Assembly (NCBI GenBank): GCA_963766075.1
Contig: CAVYAN010000029.1
Location: forward strand, 1 to 45,307
Length of the DNA stretch: 45,307 bases
Reading direction: 5' to 3'
From: an uncultured cyanobacterium
GTDB lineage: Bacteria; Cyanobacteriota; Cyanobacteriia; Leptolyngbyales; Leptolyngbyaceae
Shown here: positions 10,127 to 19,616 of the stretch, piece after piece
How positions within the stretch are numbered: the first letter of the stretch is position 1
How the letters are laid out: each line of letters starts with the position of its first letter
The notes under the pieces: model-generated
Seen by the model: only the letters and a program-made list of their open reading frames with translations
The model's database searches: none
Told to the model about the DNA's origin: nothing
Position numbers and translations under genes: made by a program

Positions 10127-11826
10127 GGCTACCGATATAAAGCGGGACAAAATGGGATGTTGTCGTCAGCCCAGCGATGAAAAAAGCCCTCACGATGGTC
10201 GCAAGGGCCGTATCGTTTCCTCATAACCAAACGAGGGGACGATGAAATTTACTATAGGGGAACGCGTTCAAAAAGTCTTCCACACCCTATCGGGTCAGGG
10301 CCAGCAAACCCTGCGAGGGATGGCCGCGCGGATCGGCTTGTCGAAAAGTAGTGTGCATCGCCACCAACAAACGATGGCCCGTCGCAATCAGCATCCAGAA
10401 TCTGGGTTATGGGAAAGTGCCGCCGGTGCGCATTGGCTCCATCGATTGGTGATCGCAAGTATTTTTGTTTTCTGTTTCAAACGTGGCGTCGGCTGTGAAA
10501 GTCTGAGCGAATTTTTCCAGTTGCTTCGGTTAGAGCAACACATTGGCATTTCGGTTTCGTCATTACGTCAGATTCGGTCGCAGATGGCAACCCAAGTGTT
10601 GCACTATCAACAGGTGCAACACTTGGCATTAGCTAATTCGGATCAGCCTATTGAAGTCTGTGCCAGTGTCGATGAAACTTTTTTCGACCAAGTTATATTA
10701 GTGATGTTGGATGTCCCCAGTGGCTTTATTCTGGTGGAAGAACTCGCAGCAGATTATCGCTACACGACCTGGCAGCAGCACACCCAACGGGTCTGAACCC
10801 AGTTGGGCTTCACGGTGCGATACTGTGTCAGTGACCGCGCCAAAGGCTTAATCAAATTGGCCCTCCAGGATTTGGCGTGCCCCAGCATTGCCGATTTGTT
10901 TCATGCCTTACGCGACCTCTCCAAAGGCCTCGGACGAGAACTCGGGCAACGGTTATTTCGGGTCAACCGCCGACTCAATGATCTGGGCGACCAACCGGAA
11001 ACAGCGGCGTTAAAACAGCAACTGCAAACGGAGCAACAGACCTTACAGGCTGCACAATCTCAATACCACGATTGTTTACATCAACTGACGATGGCCGTAC
11101 ATCCCTTCGAGATTCGTCAGGGCATCAAACAAACGAGTGGCCAGGTTGCCGCCCAACTCACCGCCCAACTCCAAGTCCTGAAAACGCTCAAAAAAAGCCA
11201 TCAGTTGCCCGATACCATCGGTTGCTTGCCCAAGGTGGTGGGACAAATCCCGGACTTGAGTGCCAGCATCGATTGCTGGTGGAATTGGGTGCAACAGAGC
11301 TTAGAGGCGCATCCCGATCTGCCCACGCGCGCATGGGCGCAGAACGCTTTATTACCCGCCTTTTACTGGGAACAGCAAACGCAACGGACGAAAAACCCGG
11401 ACCTCAAAGCCGTCTATCAGCAGGCACTCCAATCGGCGCAAATCGCCTTGATGGCCCATCCCTTGACCACCGCTTTAGCACCCGCACAATTTGCCCAATG
11501 GCAAGCGTGGGCCACCGCAATGGTGACGAAATTTCAGCGGACTTCTTCGGCCGTCGAAGGCCGCAATGGCTATATCTCCCAGATTCATCACAATCGGCGC
11601 GGACTCTCGGCGCGGCGATTAGGTGTAATGACTACCATTCACAATTTTTACCTCAAACGCGCGGACGGCTCGACGGCGGCGGAACGACTCTTTGGCAAGT
11701 CCGCTCCGGACCTCTTTGAATCGCTCATTCAACAGATGCCGCCCCTCCCCCAAGCCCGACGACGGAAAATTACCGCCAAACCTAAAACTGTTGCACTGCA
11801 GACTGTCCCGGCTTAAAGTGGTAGCC
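10127..11826 (+). mobile_element. DUF6399-type insertion sequence, 1700 bp
   Basis: Ends GGCTACCGATATAAAGCGGGACA and TGTCCCGGCTTAAAGTGGTAGCC (18/23 inverted match); 7-bp duplication ACCTATC at 10120-10126 and 11827-11833. Confidence 0.85.
10242..11816 (+). pseudogene. DUF6399-like DDE transposase (524 codons) with in-frame TGA at 10794-10796
   Basis: ORFs 10242-10796 and 10803-11816 are in the same frame; N-terminal HTH; SVDETF, VSDRA, DLFH, SSAVEGRNG. Confidence 0.78.
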
Positions 11827-11833
11827 ACCTATC

Positions 11834-12613
11834 CTATCCGACTGACATGAGTGATGCACAATGGGAACTTTTGTTACCGTTGCTCCCTGCTGCCAAAACG
11901 GGCGGACGCCCCCGCAGTGTCGATCTCAGAGCCGTTATCAATGCCATCTTTTATAGAGTTGTCGCTGGTGGTGCATGGCGCATGTTGCCGCACGACTTTC
12001 CCAAGTGGCAAACGGTCTATCACTACTTCAGGGCATGGCGCTTAGAGGGTAGCTGGGAGAAGATTCATGCCCAATGTGTCGAGTGGGAGCGGGCGATTCA
12101 AGGGCATGAGGCCGTGCCGAGTGCTGCCAGTATGGATTCTCGATCGGTAAAAACCGGCCTTCCCACGGCGATCACCATCGGTTTTGATGGCGGCAAAAAA
12201 CGAAAGGACGCAAACGTCACCTCATGGTGGACACCTTGGGGTTGGTCATGATGGTTGTGGTCACAGCGGCCAATGTCAGCGACCAAGCGGGGGCGCGTCT
12301 CCTCTTCAATCGCCTTGCGGCGGTGCCGGAGCGGATAGCGCGGTTGGTGCGGATTTGGGTTGATGGCACCTATGAAGGCGTGGATTTTATGCGGTGGACG
12401 ATGGATACCTACCGCTGGATTCTCGAAACCATTAAACGTTTAGAGGCGGCCAAGGGCTTCGTCTTATTGCCGAAACGGTGGGTAGTCGAACGCACTTGGG
12501 GATGGCTCAATTGGTCACGCCGCTTATCGAAAGACTACGAAGTTTTGCCGGAAACCTCCGAAACCTTCATCTATGTTGCCATGATTCGACTCATGCTCAG
12601 ACGGCTAGCGTAG
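11834..12613 (+). pseudogene. IS5/IS1031 transposase body (start codons displaced to 8889; frame change at the A6 run near 12195)
   Basis: YPTDMSDAQW, WRMLPHDFPKWQTVY, DSRS, KGRKRH across the frame change, WVDGTY, RWVVERT. Confidence 0.9.
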
Positions 12614-12661
12614 CTGTTAACTTCTCAGACATCCTCTAAGCCTGCGGCACGCTCAGCGAAC

Positions 12662-12933
12662 GGTGTAAAAAGTTTGAACGCCAAATGGCTCTAACAATGC
12701 CTTTAACTCGACCAATGCCTGAACTTTATGATCTGCCAGCACATACGCCAACACTTGTCCGGTTTGATGATCAATTGCGTGCCATAACCAACGCTCCTGT
12801 TTTTTACACCGGACAAAACTCCACATCTCGTCTGCTTCAGCTTCCTCGACGTGTTTGGCAACGGTCACAGTCGTTGGCTTGAGTTGTTCCAACAAAGGAC
12901 GGTTGCCCTGTTCAAGCTGACGACCTTTTTTTT
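12662..12933 (-). pseudogene. insB: IS1 InsB N-terminal fragment
   Basis: EADEMWSFV...WLWHAIDH...FYT, reached by -1 shift at the A8 run (T8 at 12926-12933). Confidence 0.88.
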
Positions 12934-13190
12934 AATTCTTCAATCACGGTGGTGGGACTAATCTTGAGTACTCGTGCGGTATCGCGAACCCCGCTGCCGT
13001 TAAGCACCATCTCACGAATCTGTTGCTTCACCGCTGGCAAGTAGCCTCGGTAGGAATACTCTAGAACAAAGCTATGACGCGTGCATTCAGGATTGCGGCA
13101 TTTATATCGCTGCTTACCTTCGGCGGTTTTGCCATGCTTGACGATATTCGGGCTGTCACAGGTGGGGCAATGTACAGGTTCAAGTACCAT
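12912..13190 (-). CDS. insA: IS1 InsA (zinc ribbon plus HTH)
   Basis: CPTC...KHGK...GKQRYKC..C; NGSGVRDTARVL; ends in a slippery A run. Confidence 0.92.
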   Translation of the reverse strand: MVLEPVHCPTCDSPNIVKHGKTAEGKQRYKCRNPECTRHSFVLEYSYRGYLPAVKQQIREMVLNGSGVRDTARVLKISPTTVIEELKKRSSA

Positions 13191-13377
13191 CGCTGTCGTT
13201 TAGGAATGATCTAACTGATTCAAGTAGTCCTATTTTCCCTGATCCCTATCCCCATGTCTAGAACACTACCAGCCGCTGCTTGGTCGGTCAGCGCTAGCAA
13301 CTCCTCCCGCATCATGCCCATCCCCGCTCGATAGTGGTTTCATTTTGGCAGAGGGGGGGGAGAAATGGCGCGGGGGA

Positions 13378-13750
13378 TCAAATTGCGCTGACAGCCTCCA
13401 CCCAAAGCACATGAGCGGCAAAAGCTCCCGTCGCTAAAGCGTTGAAAAGTTTCAAATCCGCCGTCACGAGTTGACCCTGAGTTGAAATTGCTAGAGCCAA
13501 GTAAAGGCTATCGTAAACAGTGCGATCCCTCTGCATTGCAATATCTAGAGCCACAGTGGCCAATGCTTGGGATGCATAGACCTGCAAGGACACAACACTA
13601 AAAGCGGCTAAAGTTTCTCGAGCCTCGCTGGCTTCGATAGATCCGCTGGCTACCCTACGGGAAGCGAACTACGACTCCGCTCCGCCGGCTAGAGATTGCT
13701 CCCTGAGCAAAGTCGAAGGGACCAGAAGGACTTTCAGAAAATCGGGGGAG
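13378..13750 (-). pseudogene. PIN-domain (VapC-like) toxin remnant
   Basis: C-terminal VYDSLYLALA...LVTADLKL. The upstream part is broken by short palindromic repeats and has no intact N-terminus. Confidence 0.7.
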
Positions 13751-13794
13751 TGGCGATCGCCGACTGGACCACCTAACCCAACCGGGGCCAACCT

Positions 13795-14691
13795 TTATAG
13801 GGGAATTTCTGGAATGCTGGCCAGATCGACCATAGGCGTCAGGGGAGGCACAGCATTCCGCGATTCGTAGGCGACAGGATCAGCGTTGGGGGCCACCCCT
13901 CCATGGGCGCGATCGCAGCGAACGGCAAAGCTACAGTGCCCACATTCCGGCGAGTCTACATTCACCTGGGGAAAGGGTTCGCCCTTTTGATAGAGCGCTA
14001 ACCACCGACTCAACTGGCGCAGCAATTGGCTCAAATCCTGGCGGGTTTGCTCATGCTGTCGCCGATCATGGGCAATGCGAAGCTGCTGGACAATTCCAGC
14101 AGCAGCCGATCCCGGCGACTGAAAAAACCAATACACCAGATTCACCGCCTCTGGCTCATACCGACTGGTTTCCACCAGCACAAAGGGATAGAGGCGGGTT
14201 TGCCAATTTTGCCGCAGCCGCTGGGGGTGCTCCGGACGGGCATAGGTTTTCCAATCCAGAATTTGCCCGGACTGCGGCGTTAAAATCACAAAGTCATACA
14301 CTACCGTCAACAAATACCCCTCGAACGCCATCGTGCGAGACTGCTCACTGCATTGGACGGCAGCGGTATCAGTCCCCAAAATCTCGGGAGCCGCTTGCAC
14401 AAAGGCCGTAAACCACTGCTCCAGTTGGCGATCGCTACTCGCTAAGGGAGCCACAGGCAACCCCATCTGCCACTGCTGCAATAGCGCATGGAACTGGCTT
14501 CCCTCCGTCATTCGGGCCTGCTGATCGGGCAATGTATAGGAACCCAGTTGCTCTATATATAAGTGTTGAAATTTACGCGGACAGGTGGACAGTAAATTCA
14601 GCAACCCCTGGGAAAGGCGCAGCGGCAGAGTCGACAGCGGCGGACTAACAGGCGGACTAACAACGGCCTGAGGCTGAGATCCAGATTCCAT
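13795..14691 (-). CDS. PD-(D/E)XK nuclease, Cas4/AddB-like with four cysteines
   Basis: CPRKFQ, G..FH, YD...ILDWKT, QTRLY, C..C.....C. Confidence 0.85.
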   Translation of the reverse strand: MESGSQPQAVVSPPVSPPLSTLPLRLSQGLLNLLSTCPRKFQHLYIEQLGSYTLPDQQARMTEGSQFHALLQQWQMGLPVAPLASSDRQLEQWFTAFVQAAPEILGTDTAAVQCSEQSRTMAFEGYLLTVVYDFVILTPQSGQILDWKTYARPEHPQRLRQNWQTRLYPFVLVETSRYEPEAVNLVYWFFQSPGSAAAGIVQQLRIAHDRRQHEQTRQDLSQLLRQLSRWLALYQKGEPFPQVNVDSPECGHCSFAVRCDRAHGGVAPNADPVAYESRNAVPPLTPMVDLASIPEIPL

Positions 14692-14693
14692 AG

Positions 14694-15278
14694 TTACCCC
14701 TTAGTCAAGACAAAAACGCTACCCTCATTGCCCCGCCCAATCCGCAAATCCGCATCTAAATAGGTGATGTCCAACCAGCCCCGCTGCTCCCGGCGTGGAT
14801 CAATCTGCACGTCGATCGCCGCGAATTTTTTGCCCGCTTCGATATCCCGGATAAATTGCGAGGCCGATTGATAGCCCAGCCAACGCTGCCCCCCCACAAT
14901 CGAACGTTCAAACCGCACCTGCACCCGCCGTTCCGAACTGGGCGTGAAGCGGGCCGCAATGCTCACAATGCCCTCGAGGTAGGGCAGGCCCACAATTTCG
15001 GCAATATTGTATAGGCTGGCCTGCGCTGACCGAATGCACTGGTACACCGGCCCCAAGCGAAACAGGGGCAGACGATCAATCCCCAAAATACCTGTGCTGG
15101 TGGTGTACAGCAGTCGCCAGTCCCCCTCTAGCAAGGGACTGGCAAGGGGCTGGGGAGTGGGGTTGCGGTCTTCCAGTTGGGCGATCGCCGCCAGAATCGC
15201 TTGCTTCTGCACCGGAGTTGCCACCAGGCCCCGATTCGTGCCCGCGATCGCGTTCAATAATGCCGATTTGCCAATCAT
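14694..15278 (-). CDS. PAP/fibrillin family protein
   Basis: TNRGL, LEDRNPTP, LEGDWRLLYTT, WLDITYLD.DLRIGRGNEGSVFVL. Confidence 0.92.
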   Translation of the reverse strand: MIGKSALLNAIAGTNRGLVATPVQKQAILAAIAQLEDRNPTPQPLASPLLEGDWRLLYTTSTGILGIDRLPLFRLGPVYQCIRSAQASLYNIAEIVGLPYLEGIVSIAARFTPSSERRVQVRFERSIVGGQRWLGYQSASQFIRDIEAGKKFAAIDVQIDPRREQRGWLDITYLDADLRIGRGNEGSVFVLTKG

Positions 15279-15515
15279 TCCGGTGCCGTCCCAGGGTGAA
15301 GTGAAGTAGGTTGTATCCTAAAAAGTCTTGCATTTCCCTCGGAGAATGATAGACTCTGCTTGTTTAAGAAACTTAGCAAGAAATTTAGCGTAAACAGTTT
15401 AGCGATCGGTGTTATTGATCTAGGATCAGGATCCGTAAAAAAGGTTTGAAATATCCTTATTTTCGGGTATTCTTGGCTATCCAGAACTAGATTTCCTCCT
15501 CTCATTTGGAACCTT

Positions 15516-15755
15516 ATGGTCTATAATCCCTCCCTACGTGAAGAACCCCGCAAGCAGGTTGCTGCTGCCATTCCCTCTAAGCAGGAAAGCTCCATTCTGG
15601 ATTGGTTAGAAACCACAGGTCGCCTGTTGGCCCGCGACAGCAACGAACTGGAATACGCTACCGATGGTGACGAAGAAATCTCGGCCCTCATGGGATCCGA
15701 CGATAACTCCTTCGACGTTGATGATGATGACGACGACATGGATCTTGATGATTAG
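15516..15755 (+). CDS. Small acidic conserved protein (DUF3134-like)
   Basis: NPSLREEPR, SILDWLETTGRL; the usual neighbour of cyanobacterial mraY. Confidence 0.8.
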   Translation: MVYNPSLREEPRKQVAAAIPSKQESSILDWLETTGRLLARDSNELEYATDGDEEISALMGSDDNSFDVDDDDDDMDLDD

Positions 15756-15844
15756 TGTAAAGGATTAGTGTGAAGCCTGCGTAATTTCCCCAGGCTGTGA
15801 TGAAATCCCCTGGGGAGAGGTGTGGTAAATGTGTTGTGTGAAGA

Positions 15845-16951
15845 GTGAGTGAGATTCTTGTGGATGCAAAGTTTTTTAGCAGTCGAACGTTAAATCTGTC
15901 GGGCACCCTCTTATTTATCATCTTGGTTTTGGGTGTCTCGATCGCCGCCCTGTCCCTAGACTTTTCTGCAGGGCGCACTCTGGTTCAAGGATTTTCCCTA
16001 ACCCTGCCGCTTTGGGTTTGTGCCCTGGCCACCGCTGGCGTAGGCTGTTGGGCTGTCCCCGCGCTACAAGCCCTGAAGGCTGGACAAATTATTCGGGAAG
16101 ATGGCCCCCAAGCCCACCTCAAAAAAGCGGGAACGCCAACCATGGGGGGCATTTTTTTATTGCCTCCGGCAGTGCTGATTGCTCTGGTTTGGTCGGGGTT
16201 TGCTCCCGATGTGGTGGCTGTATCGATGTTGACGTTGGCCTACGGTGCGATCGGCTTTGCGGATGATTGGCAAATTATTCGGCGCAAGTCCAATAAAGGC
16301 ATTTCCCCCCGGATGAAGTTGGGTCTACAGATTGGCTTTGCGGCTCTGTTCTGCCTGTGGTTAATGGCAACACAACCCGCCAGTATTACAGTTGTGGCCT
16401 TGCCCTTAGGATTGATGCTGCCCTTGGGCATGCTGTTTTGGGGTCTGGCGGCCTTCGTGCTAGTGTCCGAAAGTAACGCCACCAACTTAACCGATGGTTT
16501 GGATGGTCTGGCCGGAGGTACCGTGGCGATCGCCCTTTTAGGATTGGGTGCCATCATTTCACCGACCCATCCTGACCTCGCCTTGTTCTGTGCCTGCGTC
16601 AGCGGTAGTTGCCTTGGCTTTCTGGCTCACAATCGCAATCCCGCTCGGGTTTTCATGGGCGACACTGGATCTCTGGGGCTAGGTGGCGCACTGGGCGCGG
16701 TTGCTTTACTCAGTAACAGCTTGTTTGCCCTGATGATTTTGAGTGCCCTGTTCATCTGGGAAACCGTATCGGTGATTATTCAAGTCACCTACTTTAAGGC
16801 AACAAAGGGGCCAGACGGCGTTGGCAAGCGCTTCTTCAAAATGTCCCCTTTTCACAATCATTTGGAACTCTCCGGGTGGAATGAAACTCGGATCGTTGCA
16901 TTTTTCTACCTGATTGCCGGGTCGCTGGCCTGGTTGGCGATCGCCCTCTAA
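15845..16951 (+). CDS. mraY: Phospho-N-acetylmuramoyl-pentapeptide transferase
   Basis: HLKKAGTPTMGG, NATNLTDGLDGL, VFMGDTGSL, PFHNHLE; start may be slightly later. Confidence 0.97.
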   Translation: MSEILVDAKFFSSRTLNLSGTLLFIILVLGVSIAALSLDFSAGRTLVQGFSLTLPLWVCALATAGVGCWAVPALQALKAGQIIREDGPQAHLKKAGTPTMGGIFLLPPAVLIALVWSGFAPDVVAVSMLTLAYGAIGFADDWQIIRRKSNKGISPRMKLGLQIGFAALFCLWLMATQPASITVVALPLGLMLPLGMLFWGLAAFVLVSESNATNLTDGLDGLAGGTVAIALLGLGAIISPTHPDLALFCACVSGSCLGFLAHNRNPARVFMGDTGSLGLGGALGAVALLSNSLFALMILSALFIWETVSVIIQVTYFKATKGPDGVGKRFFKMSPFHNHLELSGWNETRIVAFFYLIAGSLAWLAIAL

Positions 16952-17141
16952 AAGCAATCCACGTTCCCTTCTGATGCCTGCCTGTTTTCAGGACTGGCAC
17001 AATTTCAGAGAAGTTCCTGGGGCGTAGTCACTATGCCCCAGTTTTGATCTAAGGATAGAACCCGAACCCGTTTTTCTAAAAAGTCTGCTCCTTGAGCGTG
17101 CCTAGACAGAAAAGATCTGCTATCATTATTGTCCAGCGCTT

Positions 17142-17231
17142 GGAGAGGTGGCTGAGTGGTCGAAAGCGGCAGATTGCTAATCTGTTGTACGGTCTTGAAC
17201 CGTACCGAGGGTTCGAATCCCTCCCTCTCCG
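17142..17231 (+). tRNA. tRNA-Ser (GCT)
   Basis: GGAGAGG acceptor stem, anticodon arm GCAGA-TT-GCT-AA-TCTGT, long variable arm, GGTTCGAATCC. Confidence 0.97.
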
Positions 17232-17629
17232 TTTTGACAAATGGACTCATAGTCTCTGAATGCATAGTCTATAGCTATACAGCTCATAGCTGTGATTAGC
17301 AGAATGAGTCTACCGGGAATGCAGTGCGCCTCAAGTCTGAATTCCAGCTGAAGTGTGCAAACCTTCTATCGGTCAGTAAAGCCCATTTCGCTACCTGGCC
17401 GATTTGTTGTAGGGATTTTCCTGGAAATGCCCCTGCCGCGAACAAGTCGTTTCGGTGGGTAGTGTCACAATGCGCGTGGTGTCATGATGGGGAGCGCATT
17501 GATTCGCAAGCCCCGGATCAGCCCATTGGTTTCAGCAATTCGCCCGACTCCGTGAGAAGCCTGCCTAAATTCCCTGGATTTTCGGAATCAAAGCTATTCT
17601 GAATGCTGTTGCTTACTCGTTGACTTCCT

Positions 17630-18514
17630 ATGCCCCCCATTTCCCCCGAACGTGATCGGCAGATCCGCCAGATTATGCGTGACTGTGGACAACAGGCTGT
17701 ACAGATGGCAAAGCAAGGGTTTGAAGTCTTCCAGAAAGGCCCAGAGGATTACGTCACCACCATTGACCAAGCCCTCGATCAGCAACTGGCTGCTGCCTTT
17801 GCGCACCTGTTTCCCCAGGACAGCGTGATCACAGAAGAAAATGCGCAATCCCAGACCCAATTTACACAGCCCCAATTGGCCCATTCGCCCTGGGAAGGTG
17901 AACAGCACCGCCTGTGGTGCATTGATCCAATCGATGGAACCGAGGATTTTATCAACGGCAGGATTCACTATGCGGTGATGGCCGGGGCCTTACAAGGGGC
18001 CCGCCCCCAACAGGGCTGGATCTATGCGCCAGCCTATGATCAAATGTACTGTGGGGGAGCCGACTGGGGCGTATTTCAAGCAGCGGGCGATCGCGCCCTT
18101 CAACCCATTGCCCTACAGGCTCCCGATGCCCCCCGCCATGGGTTTTGTCCGATCCTGATTGGCTATCGCGATCGCAAGCACTACGGTGACGCGATTGCCC
18201 GTTACATCCCTAACGCACAGTTTTACTCCGTTGGTAGTTTTGGCCTCAAGGTAATGGAAGTGGTCCAAGGGCGAGCGGGACTTTACATATACTTCAATGG
18301 ACGGGTCAAGCTATGGGATACCGTGGGCCCCCTGGCGATCGCCCAAGCAGCCGGCCTTACCTGCTGTGATTTGGCCGGCAATCCGATTCGTTTTGATGCC
18401 GAGGCGATTGATCTAGCAACATTGGCACACAAACAGTCAATACTAATCGGGTGGGACTCTTACCTTGAGCCTCTGCTGCCCCAACTCCAAAAAGCTATTG
18501 CATCCGTTCCCTAA
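17630..18514 (+). CDS. Inositol monophosphatase / CysQ-family protein
   Basis: DYVT..D, ITEE, WCIDPIDGT, WDT. Confidence 0.9.
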   Translation: MPPISPERDRQIRQIMRDCGQQAVQMAKQGFEVFQKGPEDYVTTIDQALDQQLAAAFAHLFPQDSVITEENAQSQTQFTQPQLAHSPWEGEQHRLWCIDPIDGTEDFINGRIHYAVMAGALQGARPQQGWIYAPAYDQMYCGGADWGVFQAAGDRALQPIALQAPDAPRHGFCPILIGYRDRKHYGDAIARYIPNAQFYSVGSFGLKVMEVVQGRAGLYIYFNGRVKLWDTVGPLAIAQAAGLTCCDLAGNPIRFDAEAIDLATLAHKQSILIGWDSYLEPLLPQLQKAIASVP

Positions 18515-18896
18515 TCTTTCCTTGGCCCGAACTCAACCAACTGGCGGCTGATCCCGGAGGAGTCGCGACGTGCAGCCATTCTGTTAAAACAGTCATCCTG
18601 TCAAAACAGCCTTGTCAAAGCGAGGGGTTTGACAAGGAGATCTTTCAAAACAGGCCAATGCAGGATTGACGAGAGCCCATCATCAAAATCCTCTATCAGC
18701 CTAGGGGAAAGATTGATAGGATCTGGGATACAGATCTAGGGTACAGGGCGCTAAGGCCCAAAGACATCGCACAATTCCGTAATTTTTCCCTCTGAATCGC
18801 TTGTCTTTTCCTGGCATCCTGGTAGAAGTAGAAGCGAAACAGTTTGAAATTGCTGTCCCTTTCGTTACCGTTTACCTTCAAAATCTGATGTCCCGC

Positions 18897-19589
18897 ATGC
18901 AGACCGAAGTTTTTAGCGAGCTATTTCCGCTGTTATCCGCCGCGAATCCTGAAACCCTGGAATGGCTAATGTCTGTTGCAGTGGAGCACGAATATCCGGC
19001 CAATCGCGCTGTACTCATGGAAGATGCCTGGGGCAATGCCGTCTATTTTGTTGTCTCCGGCTGGGTTAAGGTACGGCGATTGTCCGCTTCTGGAGAGGAT
19101 GTGCTGACCCTGGCAGTCTTGGGGCGCGGCGATTTCTTTGGAGAAATGGCAATTTTGGACGAATCCCCGCGATCGACCGACGTGATTGCCCTATCCCCCG
19201 TAAAACTGCTCAGCATTTCGGCGCAGCGGTTTATCCAAACTCTTTTCAAAGATCCCCAACTGCACCACCGGATGCTGCAATTGATGGTGCGTCGCCTGCG
19301 GCAAACGAACATTCGCTTTCAACTCCGACATCAGCCCCCGGCAGTAAAACTGGCCCACACACTGGTGGCGCTGGGTGAAAGCTACGGCACAGATACACCC
19401 AGCGGTAAAGAAATTCTGAATATTCCCTACAAGGACTTGGCCAACGTGACGGACATCAGCCTAGAGGAAACGACAAAAATCATGGAAAAACTGGAATCCA
19501 GAGGTTGGGTCAGCCGTGATCAGGCTAACCAAATTCTGTATCTGAGCAATCTGAAACAGTTAATCCAGCTCGCAGGAAAAACGAATTAG
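18897..19589 (+). CDS. Crp/Fnr-family transcriptional regulator
   Basis: cNMP-binding GDFFGEMAILDESPRS plus C-terminal HTH; likely ATG at 18888 or 18897. Confidence 0.9.
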   Translation: MQTEVFSELFPLLSAANPETLEWLMSVAVEHEYPANRAVLMEDAWGNAVYFVVSGWVKVRRLSASGEDVLTLAVLGRGDFFGEMAILDESPRSTDVIALSPVKLLSISAQRFIQTLFKDPQLHHRMLQLMVRRLRQTNIRFQLRHQPPAVKLAHTLVALGESYGTDTPSGKEILNIPYKDLANVTDISLEETTKIMEKLESRGWVSRDQANQILYLSNLKQLIQLAGKTN

Positions 19590-19616
19590 ATCAGGCCCAG
19601 AACTGTAGGATGCAGG

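Larger units (their letters stand above)
8788..12636 (+). mobile_element. IS5-family (IS1031-like) element, about 915 bp when rebuilt, interrupted twice
   Basis: IRs GAGGATGTCTGAAAAG and CTTCTCAGACATCCTC; TAA duplication at 8785-8787 and 12637-12639. Removing the inserts restores ATG AAC CTA TCC TAT CCG ACT GAC (MNLSYPTD) from 8889. Confidence 0.92.
7337..13270 (-). mobile_element. IS1-family element (about 0.85 kb when rebuilt), interrupted by nested ISs
   Basis: Terminal IRs GATAGTGTTCTAGACATGGGGAT (7337) and ATCCCCATGTCTAGAACACTACC (ends 13270), 22/23 match; insA and a split insB inside. Confidence 0.9.

Noticed and set aside
10794..10796. In-frame TGA as selenocysteine or programmed readthrough
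   Set aside because: No Cys-type context or evident SECIS hairpin; a nonsense change or miscall is simpler.
13795..14691. Cas4-like nuclease as part of a CRISPR system
   Set aside because: No other cas genes or repeat-spacer array in the window; it sits among core genes as a solo nuclease.
17005..17265. 86-aa ORF
   Set aside because: Antisense shadow of tRNA-Ser.
17232..17629. tRNA-anchored integrative element
   Set aside because: No integrase and no duplicated tRNA 3' end seen in the window.
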